A stretch of 64,000 nt of DNA, taken from the NCBI RefSeq assembly GCF_006345805.1, contig NC_043000.1:153140001-153204000 (forward strand), read 5' to 3'. The stretch's first letter is position 1. Each line of letters begins with the position of its first letter. Source of the DNA: Octopus sinensis. Lineage: Eukaryota. This document shows, piece by piece, positions 52,275 to 64,000 of this stretch. Position numbers and translations under genes: made by a program. The notes below the pieces were generated by a model. That model was not told the origin of the DNA. It saw only the letters and a program-made list of their open reading frames with translations, and did no database searches.

Positions 52275-53492
52275 TAAATGAAGGCGTCGGGAGGTCTGGT
52301 GGTTCGGTTGATTGGTTCCTGGTAATTAGGGCATGAGTTCAGTTTCTGGACCGGACAGCTTCTTGGTGTAGGTGGAACAAGCAAATTAATGCTGTGGTCA
52401 TGGAGTGTTACTACCTGAGTAGCCCGGTAGACGAAAACGGTTCTTAAATGAGGAGTTACCGACAACGTATGTATGTTCATTGGAGGGAAAAGGGATTGTT
52501 TCAACTCACGGTACAGAGACTGTGTGATCAAGCCAGAGCAATAACAAAAAGTCGTTGGTTCACAGATGTAGAGCGAGCTCGAGGCTATCAGAAAACGGGT
52601 CTTGGAAAATAGCAGTAGTTATAACGATGAAAATACAGTTCTTACTAATAAGAGTAATCTCATAGCACAGGAAAGGAGCAGTGGTAGTTTACTTGATGAA
52701 AGACATATAGATGATCCAAAAGATGGCAATAAAATTAATGGCGACATGACAGATGAACACAAGGCAATCTACGATAGAATAAAGACAAGGCTTCAGGAGA
52801 ACGATAACGTCATTATTTGCAACCTTAAAAAGGTTGATCGATGGAAATTGAACCAAGAAACGAAAAATGTCTATGAAATTCTGAAATACATCAAAACACA
52901 CAACATCACAGGAACAAATAATTCAATTCAAGGCAGCAAGCAGAAAACGTGGGTGTTCATGTCAAGAAAAAGAAACATAATGGAAGTCACAAAAGAAAAG
53001 ATCCATGGTGGAAAAGAAGAATAAAGGCAGGGTTAGACATGCTCTCGAAGGAAATTTCTGTGTTAGGGCAAAAAGAGAAAGGGGAGCTTTAAAGCGAGCA
53101 AAAATACAGGGCGCTGAAAAGGAAGTATAATATTGAAAGAAAGGGCTTGAAAGGGGTAATGGAGGAACTGAAAAAGTGCCTCGTTGCAAAGAAAGCAAAG
53201 ACGGTAAGATAAGACCAAAGGATGAAGGGTTACCACCAGAATAGATTATTCAGAGTAGATCAGAAGAGATTCTATAAAGAAATAAATGGAGAATGTACAG
53301 ATGAAAAGTTGATACCAGATAACAATGAAAGTCAAAGGTTTTGGAGTGACATCTGGAGCAAAGACAAGGAGGACAAGAAGGATGCTGGATGGTTGCAAGA
53401 ACTGAAACAAACAGTAGTCTGTCCAAAACAGGCAGAACTAGTCATTTCAGTTAGGGAAGTGAAGGAAATCAGCAAAAATATGAACAACTGGT
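52275..53492 (+). mobile_element. R4/Dong-clade LINE N-terminal region, truncated before the RT domain
   Basis: RWNKQINAVVMECYYLSSP...YRQRMYVHWREKGLFQLTVQRLCDQARAI, then YHQNRLFRVDQKRFYKEING...FWSDIWS...WLQEL...MNNW. Interrupted by a SINE head at ~53493-53560. Confidence 0.85.
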
Positions 53493-54723
53493 GCGGGAAT
53501 GGAACTCACTACCTCATGCTTTTGAGCCCGACGCTCTAACCACTGAACCATGCACCTTCATATATTTCAACTAAAAATAAATTTTCACCGTAAGCACAAA
53601 GTCACAAGTTATGAGTCAGATATTAATGAGAAAATGGAATCCAGTTTTTAATTGGCCTCTTTTTTATCATCGACTAAAGAAAATGATGAAAGATAAAATT
53701 TACTCCAGTCGGACTTGAACTCACCAATGAAAGACATTTTGTCCTTTTGTCCTACTGATTCTGCCATTAACCGCCTCGTTTTCTTTTCGGACCAAAATGA
53801 TGCTGTAGTCGCACATTTTGACAACAATAGATGATGATGACGACGACGATGATGATAACGATGATGATGACAACGGCGATAAAGATGGCATTTGGAATCA
53901 GAACTGATTACAGAAAGTATAATATTGTGTTACACGTAATAGAAATGATAGATATTTGTGTCGTTCGAGTATTAACGACTAACGTAGATTCTGTTGACTT
54001 CATTCGTACAATGATAACATCATATAATTGCTCAACGTTTGTAATATAAACCCAGTTGATTGAAAAAACAACAACAACAGATTGATTACATTCACCATTT
54101 GTGTTTTGTAAATAGCATTAAATGAATTTTCTCTCACTTTACGGAAGAAATTACAAAGATCTGAACGAAGAACTAACTATGGAAATTGAAATAAGGATTA
54201 AAAAAAGAACACGTCCCGGCATGAAAATGAAGAACAGAAAAGAAGGCATAGCGTTAGAAAAAATAAATTAAGAATTGTGACTGTTGAATAGAAGAATGAT
54301 GGAATGCTCTTCTATTGTCGAGCCATGGTTAAGTTGAAATAATTTACAGACTGCCTTAAGTAAAAATTGGGTTATGACCTTCAGCTAATCCTATATCACT
54401 TATCAAAACCAAAGTTGGTGTAAGAGTTGGTGCAGAAATAATGTATGCATTGGGAAATGGGAAAGGCAGCAGAAATGATGTTGGATATAGGTAAAATATA
54501 GAACTGTCATCACAGACAGGCAGATAGACAGACGGACAGACAGACACACGTATGCGTATCTGTTTGTAAATGTATGCATATATGTGTATACTTGTTTGTA
54601 GATGTATATACACGTGTGTGTGAGTGAGTATGTAAATATATTTATTCATACATAAATATATGCATACATATACATACATATAAATATATACAAAAAATGC
54701 ATATACATATAAATGCATATATT

Positions 54724-54757
<34 letters not shown>

Positions 54758-54777
54758 ATATACGTATAAATACATAC

Positions 54778-54808
<31 letters not shown>

Positions 54809-54834
54809 TGTATGCATGTATGCATGTATGTATG

Positions 54835-54867
<33 letters not shown>

Positions 54868-55756
54868 GTGTATGTATGTATGTATGTATGTATGTGTGTG
54901 TGTATGTATGTATGTATGTATGTATGTATGTATGTATGCATGTATGTATGTATGCATGTATGCATGCATGTATAACATTCAAAGGAGTCATTGCCAGCAT
55001 ACTAAATGTAATGAATAGGTTTTGAAATAGAAGAAAAGTTATCTAGAAAAGACAGTGGAATCTTGAAAGATTTATGAAAGTTTTCACTCAGTAAACTGCC
55101 AAGTAATTACAAACAAGCAAGATGAATTGGTTTGATGAATTAAAAATATGGGGAAGTCATATTATAGAAATTTGCAACTACAGTTTGAAAGATAATAAGC
55201 CGTCAGTTTACTGAAAAGGAAAGAAGCTACAGTTACAGATTGAATATTAATAAGAACAGGCAGATATATTTATAAAACTTAGGGCTAGTAATTAGGGAAA
55301 TCTTGTAATATGCAACGAATGCTTAGAATTGCTGAAAGGTTCAGAGTGAAAGTGAAATCTGGAATATGTGAAAATTGATGTTAAAATCATTTCACAATAC
55401 CATGTAAACATGAGGATTTTGACTGCACCAAAGAATGATCGTATTTTAAAGTTGGTGTTAAAAACTCTTGAGATATATTTATAAAGCAATAGGCTTTCGT
55501 AATAGAGTATTGAGTTAGCATTACTTTCTTAGCTGAAGACTATTACAGAGGGAAATAAACACTAGAAGTGTTTGCCTGGGCTCCAGGTATAGATTTATAC
55601 TGCACATGTTACTGAAGAAACATACTAATCAACATGGTGAATACTACGCTGAAGTAGCACCAGGTAGAATACACAGTTTGTTGTTAAAGTAACATCAGGT
55701 ACAGAGCTGAAAGTTATACAAACCCTTTTGGAATTTTTTTTTTATGATTATATATT

Positions 55757-56822
55757 GGTTTCTAATTTTTGCTCAAGGCCAGTAATTTCAGTGGATGAGG
55801 TGAGTTGATTACATTGGCCCCCAATTTGCAGCTGGTACTTATTTTATCGACCACAAGTGGATGAAAGACAAAGTAGACTTCGGCGGAACTTGAGCTAAGA
55901 ACGTAAAGACGGACGAAATGCCGCTAAACATTTCGACCGGCGTGCTAACGATTCTGCAAGCTCGCCACCCTTTCATGATTATATATTACTAGAAAGGGAA
56001 AATCATCAGTTAAAGAGCTTCTACATTGTTATCCAATTTGATAGAAGTAGCAGCGAAATATTATCGTACATTTTAAAAAGGTAACATTGGATAATGGTTG
56101 TGTCTGGGGAGAGTCATTTTCTTTGTGTGCCTTATAATGTAACACACTCACCGGTAAAATTTCCACTTATTTCTTATTTTTATTTTCCTAAAATTTTCGT
56201 TGCGTCTTGCAACCTTTTCAATAGTCTTATAAGGCACAAAAAGAAAATGATTCTCTCCAGACACAACAGAATAATCTTCACCATACGAACTCATATAAAG
56301 AATCTTGCAAACCAAATCCAAAAGCGAAACTGGATAATGGATTGCTAATCTACAAAGTAAATAACTAAATAAATACAAGGTAAAATGGTTGTAGATGCAA
56401 CGCTCTGAAGAGTTGTGTATAATCTGGAATGAACAACAACGGCAACAACAATAATAAAATTAATATGAAAATAATATTCAGAAAATGTTGAGTATGATTA
56501 AAAAGAAGGCAAATAGAAATAGCAGAAAACAACACTTTGTGGACTGTGCAAGGCATCAGACAGACAAATCCTGGAATTGCAACAGAAGCAAATAATATAC
56601 AGCAATATTAATATGATCCTTTCTGTTATAGGCCTGGAATTTTGGGGAAGGATGCTTGTCGATTACATCAACCCCCAGTACTTCCCTGCTAATTATTTTA
56701 TCAACCCTAAAAGCAAGGAAGACAAAATCGACCTCGCCGGAATTTGAACTCAGATCGTAAACACGGACGAAATACCGCTAAGCATTTGCCCAGCGTGCTA
56801 ACGATACTGCCAGCTCGCCACT
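55757..56822 (-). mobile_element. Two older SINE B copies (55757-55970 and 56615-56822)
   Basis: Family core with alternative tail. The first is flanked by duplicated atgattatatatt. Confidence 0.78.
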
Positions 56823-57694
56823 TTGCAAGGTTAATATAATACGGTAAAACTTAATATAATTCTACGTTAAAGTTAACATACATTTACATTAGAACTCACG
56901 TGATGATTCGGGTATTTGATACCGAAAATCTGAATACTGTAACAGAAAAATAAAATAAAAAGAAAGTGCCTGAACTATAATAAAAGAACCTCAAAGCTGG
57001 GGTTGCCCCAGCATGGTCTGAAACAAATGAAAATGTAAAAAAAAGCGTCTGAAAAAAAAAATGGAGAAATATTTTTTGTGCGTCAAGAACAATAGGTTTA
57101 CATGAAACACAGAACTTATCGTTAAAAATGACTGAAAAAAAAGGACCGCATTTCAAATATAGATTTTAAGCATTACTACTAAAACCTGAAAAGACATTTA
57201 AACAGCAACTCTGTAGTTCCTAGTTCCCGTTGCTGAAAAATGCAAACATTGCGTCGTAAAATCTAGGGGAAAAAGCAACATAGAAATTCTCAATGGCTGC
57301 AGAAACGTTGGCATGATATAGGCGGTTCTAACCAATGTCAAATAGACCTTGAAATAGCTGAAAGACAGATAACGATCCTATGTCGAAAAATAACAAACTG
57401 GAAATCCCCAACTGCAGCTCCATTTAAAGAGTATTATTTACAAATGTTATAACTTGCCGTGAAATTCTAACTGCAAAATTGAATGATGCTGTGTATAAAG
57501 ATATTGAATGAAGTAAGATAATTCTCAAGTTGAAGAAAGCAAGTTATAGTAATCTTAATGTTAATTTAACACTAATGAAAGAAATCCTCTCCGTTGAAAT
57601 TGAGGACAGTGGGCGGTTAAGTGAAGTTCTATGAATTCGCATAAAGCCTGGTGAACAGAAGGCATACCTCACAAAGGACATGCGATTTAAATAG

Positions 57695-58045
57695 ACTTTT
57701 CTACTCTAGGCATAAGGCCCGAAATTTTTGGAAAGAGGGCCAGTCGATTAGATCGACCCCAGTACGTAACTAGTACTTAATTTATCGACTCGAAAGGATG
57801 AAAGGAAAAGTCGACCTCGGCGGATTTTGAACTCAGAACGTAGCGGCAGGCGAAATATCTATTTCTTTACTACCCACAAGGGGCTAAACACAGAGAGAAC
57901 AAACAAGGACAGACAAACGGATTAAGTCGTTTACATCGACCCTCAGTGCGTAACTGGTACTTAATTTATCGACCCCCGTGAGACAGACGAAAAACCGCTA
58001 AGCAATTTGCCCGGCGTGCTAATGTTTCTACCAGCTCGCCGCCTT
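57695..58045 (-). mobile_element. SINE B dimer enclosed by one 16 bp TSD
   Basis: catgcgatttaaatag at 57679-57694 and 58046-58061. Confidence 0.88.
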
Positions 58046-58514
58046 CATGCGATTTAAATAGTATTTAATCAATGGGAACTTAATAATGTGACAAATGCGA
58101 ACTATCGTAGGAAAAAAGATGAAGCGTACTTTAGTACCTTACTCAAAATATTCTCTTTCTCTCCCTTCTCTTCTCTGTCGGTAAAAGCTTTTCTGAAAAT
58201 GATGACTGTAGCAGAGAAACCAAGAACACTGAACTGAAAACGCAATGAAAAGTAGAAAATAGAATTAAATATGTCTAGTACATACGGTAATATTAAAAGT
58301 TTTAAAGAAATATTCCCAGAAGGCACCTTCCCTTTTATGCTCATTGCTTTAATCGTTAACATTAAAAGAACCAATATAAAATGCTGTGCTTGTAATAAAT
58401 ATGAATCTTTTGTTATTTGTAACAATATGATTTAATCCACATTCTTACTAGCAAAATTTTAAAATTTTGCACTTTAAAAATACTTTTAACATTTTCAAGA
58501 TTAAACTCGTAAGT

Positions 58515-58724
58515 GATAGTCAAGATTCAAAGCGAATCGTAGGAGGCACTCAACTCATCTACGGAAAACGACTTCCAGGCCGGATTCCAAAAGGGACAAG
58601 AACGCTAGGGACGGTGTATTGTTGCACAAGGTAACTATTTCGAAGATGATGTTCAAAATTAAGTAAATAAGTTATTTTTTATTAATCATAACTACTTCGA
58701 CAACTTCTTGATACCACCTCGCAT
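58515..58724 (+). mobile_element. Mariner 3' end remnant
   Basis: ENDFQAGFQKGQER*GRCIVAQGNYFEDD followed by TIR-like cttcttgataccacctcg. Confidence 0.7.
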
Positions 58725-59369
58725 ATGGCCGCTTTTTATCTTCATGCTTGCGTTTGTAACAACAAACGTCTATACATGTTTACCGTTCAGCCGTGTTCGT
58801 CCACTTTTACTACGGTAGAATGTAATTTGAGGGAGGATTGACTGCTATTTGTTGGAGATCGAGCAACTATGTAAAAGCTCTCTATTGGCTGTTGTTGATT
58901 CTGATGTTGGAACCAATACTTCTAAACCATTACCATCTTCATCTACAAATTTAACTTCATCTTATCCACTTATTCTTTTTTCTACATCTGTTTTGATTTT
59001 CAACAACTATTTAGAATGTACATGCAACAGGCTTAACAAATTAAAATTTTCGTTTGCTTGAAAAATAAAATAAAAATAAATTGCTAAAAAGTATACTTCT
59101 GATGTTCCGTATGCAAGACGGGGGCATCATTTCAAAATCACGAGCACAAATACGCACGCGCAAGTACAAAGACACTCACACATACACACATACTTACCCA
59201 CAATTAGGCACACAAGCATATACACATATAAAGATCTATGATATATGGATATATAAAGGTTTTAATACACTTTGGCTACTTTACTATGTATATATCTATG
59301 AATATATTTACCAATATTATAAGTAGACTTTTCACGCAACTCTACTGCATGTATCTGCATACACACGTG

Positions 59370-60260
<891 letters not shown>

Positions 60261-60480
60261 ACAAAAAAAATATACATCGGAAGACTGTAAGAGGGAAAGC
60301 GAGAGAAAGAAAGCTAGCTACTATAGCAATGGTATTACACAATACGTTAAATCAAAATTAGAAATTCATAAAAACTATTTGAAGCTAAAAACAAAATAAA
60401 AAAATAAATAAAACATGAACTATAAAATAGACAGACAAAACTACAAAAGAACTAGAGGTTTGCCCTCCACTAACACGTCG

Positions 60481-60519
<39 letters not shown>

Positions 60520-61191
60520 TGCATACATATATTATTGTATGTATGTATGAAAGACAATAACCTTTCTCTTTAAAGCGAAGTCATCCCCCTCCTACAGTGG
60601 AATCAGACACCAGACGACTCCAGCTGTTTAGGTTTTGATGTTACTGTAACAGAAAAGAAAAAAGATAAAAGTATAAAAGAAAAAAAAGAAATGGAAAAAA
60701 ATATGACGCGCCCATCATAGTCTGTGTGCTTTGCCCAGCTTTAACGGCAGCATTTTCGCTGATGATACACCGACATTAATATAGAGCTGAATGTTATAGG
60801 CATCGAAAATTTCGACTTTTATCAAAGTGTGCATGGCTGGGAAGTTTTCTTGCGTACATGTTAAGACCGAAGGATACAGTTCTTGATATATAAATAATAC
60901 ACACACACACACGCACACACACACACACACGCACATGTATATATATATATATATATGTATTTTATAAATATATACACGTGTGTATAAATATATGTCTATG
61001 TATATACATAGACATATTTATACACATATTTATATATTTATGTAGATATATCACGTGATCACGTGACCGACCAGACCATCAGATGTTGCAACACATCGCT
61101 GGTCACAATGCGTTCGCATTGTTTTAGCCTTCAAATGATGCCACCCCGCCGGCTAAGCGAGCAGGCCAATGTAGATATATACATAAACATA

Positions 61192-61786
61192 TTCCTTTCT
61201 ACTCTAGACACAAGGCCTGGAATTTTGGGGGAGGGGGCTAGTCGATTAGATCGATCCCAGTACGCAACTGGTATGACCCCGAAAGAATGAAAGGCAAAGT
61301 CGACCTTGGCGGAATTTGAACTCAGAACGTAAAGACAGAAGAAATACCACTAAGCTAACGTTTCTTATTTCTTTATTACCCACAAGGGGCTAAACATAGA
61401 GGGGACAAACAAGGCCAGACATAAGTATCAAGTCGATTACATCGACCCCAGTGCGTAACTGGTACTTAATTTATCGACCCCGAAAGGATGAAAGGCAAAG
61501 TCGACCTCGGTGGAATTTGAACACACAACGTAACGACAGACGACAGACGAAATACCTATTTCTTTACTGTCCACAAGGGGCTAAACACAGAGGAGACAAA
61601 CAAGGACAGACATAGGTATTAAGTCGATTACATCGACCCCAGTGCGTAACTGGTACTTAATTTATCGACCCCGAAAGGATGAAAGGCAAAGTCGACCTCG
61701 GCGGAATTTGAACTCAGAACGTAACGACAGACGAAATACCGCTAAGCATTTCGCCCGGCGCGCTAACGTTTCTGCCAGCTCGCCTC
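61192..61786 (-). mobile_element. SINE B trimer
   Basis: Head at 61786, junction at ~61555, third unit with alternative tail. Confidence 0.87.
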
Positions 61787-62067
61787 CTTATTTATACACA
61801 AATATTATTTATACTTTTTCTATCTCACTTGTTCCAGTTCTTTGACTGCGGCCGTGATGGGATACCGCCTTAAAAAATTTCGGTCAAACGAATCGACACT
61901 AGTACTTATTTTGTTTTCAAAGCTTGTTATTTATTCTACCGGTTTCTTTTGTCAAGACCCTAGGATATGGGAACAGAAACACACTAACATTGGCTGTCAA
62001 GCGAACGTAGGGGACAAACACACACACACACACACACACACAGATACACACACATACACATGTATAT

Positions 62068-62492
62068 ATGTTGGATCATCCCATAAATAATGCGGTTTTC
62101 TCATATTCTTAGTGGAAGCTTTGAAGCGTGCAGTTAAATTTAACAGTTATTTTTTGAAAGCTATAATGGAAGTAACGAAGGAGAATATTCGGCATATTTT
62201 GTTTTATGAGTTCAATAAAGGCAACAACGCAACGGAAAATGCGAGGAATATTTATGCAGTAAATGGGGATCGCACAATAAGCATAAGCCAGAATTTCCGA
62301 GCTGGAAACTACAGCCTAGAAGACCAACCTCGTCCTGGAAGATCTGTTGATCTCGACGAGGACGTCCTTCAAATCCCGGTGGAACAAAATCCATCTTAAG
62401 TATTGAGGAACTAGCAAAGAAGCTTGGATTTAGTCATTCAACCATTCATCGACACCTGTGTGCTATCGGAAAAGTCAGAAAATTGGGTCAAT
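62068..62492 (+). mobile_element. Mariner 5' half (TIR + transposase N-terminus)
   Basis: TIR-like ttggatcatcccataa. MEVTKENIRHILFYEFNKGNNATENARNI...FRAGNYSLEDQPRPGR...IEELAKKLGFSHSTIHRHLCAIGK. Confidence 0.88.
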
Positions 62493-62494
62493 GT

Positions 62495-62956
62495 ACTCCT
62501 CCAGGTGGCCGCTGGAGGACCCTATGTCTAGCAACAGGACTCTGCACCATGCCACACGAGCAGGAGAATCCAGTCATGGCTGTCAGACAATTTCTGCGAC
62601 CACATCACCCCTTACATCTGGCCACCTAACTCTCCAGACTGCAACCCCCTCGATTATTATATGTGGGGCACAGCTGAGAGAGAGACCAACAAAACTTGTA
62701 ATACCAAAGATGAATTGAAGGCAAGGATTAAGGAAGCATTCACCAACTTAAGGAGACTGTCCAGAACAGTTGCAGAAGATTCTGAAGTCGTCTGGAAGCC
62801 GTGGTTGAAGCCAATGGCGGTTTTATTGAATAAATTTACTCTTTAGTGTTTCAAGATAGTTTTATATAACTTTGGTATATATAACTTAAAATGAGATGTC
62901 AATGTTATTTTCATTTTTGCGTAATTTAGACGACAGTTTATTCACTTCACCCTGTA
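62495..62956 (+). mobile_element. maT (DD37D-like) transposon 3' half
   Basis: QQDSAPCHTSRRIQSWLSDNFCDH...WPPNSPDCNPLDYYMWG...TKDELKARI. Ends caccctg-TA. Confidence 0.82.
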
Positions 62957-63289
62957 TATTTATACCCTGCATTTCAAATTATTGACGATGTAGCATATTT
63001 TTATTTTATCTAAATACTACTCGTTGTAATTCAACGAAAGTTTCACAGAATAGTGGCATGTTATATGCGCTTGGTGTATAAGAATGTGGGGTTCCATAAT
63101 ACAACACAGAAACAACGGCCATTTACCAAATTTAGGTTAACTTTAATTATTTCAAATTATTAGCTAGGTTTAGTTAAAACTCATGTAAACAAGAAAATAC
63201 CTATTTAATTGTTTGATGCACATACTGAAATGAACACATTTAGTCATAAATATGAAACAAATAAAAATAAACAAATAAACAGTATTCAA

Positions 63290-64000
63290 AAATGAGCTGG
63301 TTAATAAGAGCCTTTGTTTGAAAGAAGTTGGAAAAGGCGTTGATCCACGGAACACGCTAATTTCTGAACTTCCTCTGAATTATAGCACGAGATACATTAT
63401 ACTATTGCCTGCCACAGTTCAACCTTGCTCCTAAATTGGCGTCCATTCTCGTAAACTTGTCGTTTTAGAATTCTCCATAAGTTTTCTATTGGGTTTAAGT
63501 CGGGAGAAGAGGCAGGCGACTTCATCTTCCAAGGTCCACAGAAGCCTAACTGTTGTAAATACTTTGTAATTTAAAAAAATGTTTTCGCTGAGTGCGAGGA
63601 CGCATTATCTTGCATGAATATTAATGGTTTTCTTGAAGGTTATCCTTTGCTTTTTCAACCAAGGTTCAAGGTACTCCCTCAGAAAGGTTATCTAAGCATC
63701 CCCAGTCATTTTAACACCGTCTGGCACTTTTCAAGGACCAGCCATAATACCTCCAATAATACCTGCCCAAATCATGATACCCCTCATCATGTTTGCGTCT
63801 CGAGCGTTGGTGACGATCTCATCCATTTACAGCCTATCCCTTACTCCAGCCATCAAGTCCATCAAGGGTAGCACGTGTTTCGTCCGTAAACAAAACTTTT
63901 GAAAAGTCGACCATCATATTATCTTCTGCTTATTACGGTTTTGTATGTGTATTTTGTAAATAGGAGGCCTTGTAACTAATGTCACTGGTTTACCGACTTT
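63290..64000 (-). pseudogene. Tc1 (DD34E) transposase remnant, probably continuing beyond the window
   Basis: Minus strand FTDETRATLDGLDGW...IMIWAGIIGG...IFMQDNASSHSA...PASSPDLNPIENLWRILKRQVY. Confidence 0.88.

Noticed and set aside
54250-57680. A-rich stretches hinting at very old LINE remnants
   Set aside because: Motifs are too decayed to assign without alignment.

Overview
AT-rich eukaryotic DNA dominated by microsatellites and transposon debris. I found no convincing host protein-coding exon, so this is probably a large intron or intergenic region. The repeat complement resembles an octopus (cephalopod) genome; that assignment is an inference. The window contains several tRNA-headed SINE families, R4/Dong-type restriction-like-endonuclease (RLE) LINE fragments beside (TAA)n, and a second RLE family embedded in (TACA)n. 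It also has Penelope-like (GIY-YIG) remnants, decayed Tc1/mariner, maT, Merlin, hAT-MITE and Helitron elements, and a near-perfect ~807 bp tandem duplication. The most notable hidden structure is a series of hammerhead-ribozyme-like motifs in short elements beside (TA)n tracts; two of these have a very long stem II and show compensatory stem I changes. One SINE family also forms multimers that always restart at the same internal nucleotide. Most of the supplied ORFs are translated microsatellites. Repeat boundaries are read by eye and are approximate unless TSDs or TIRs are given.
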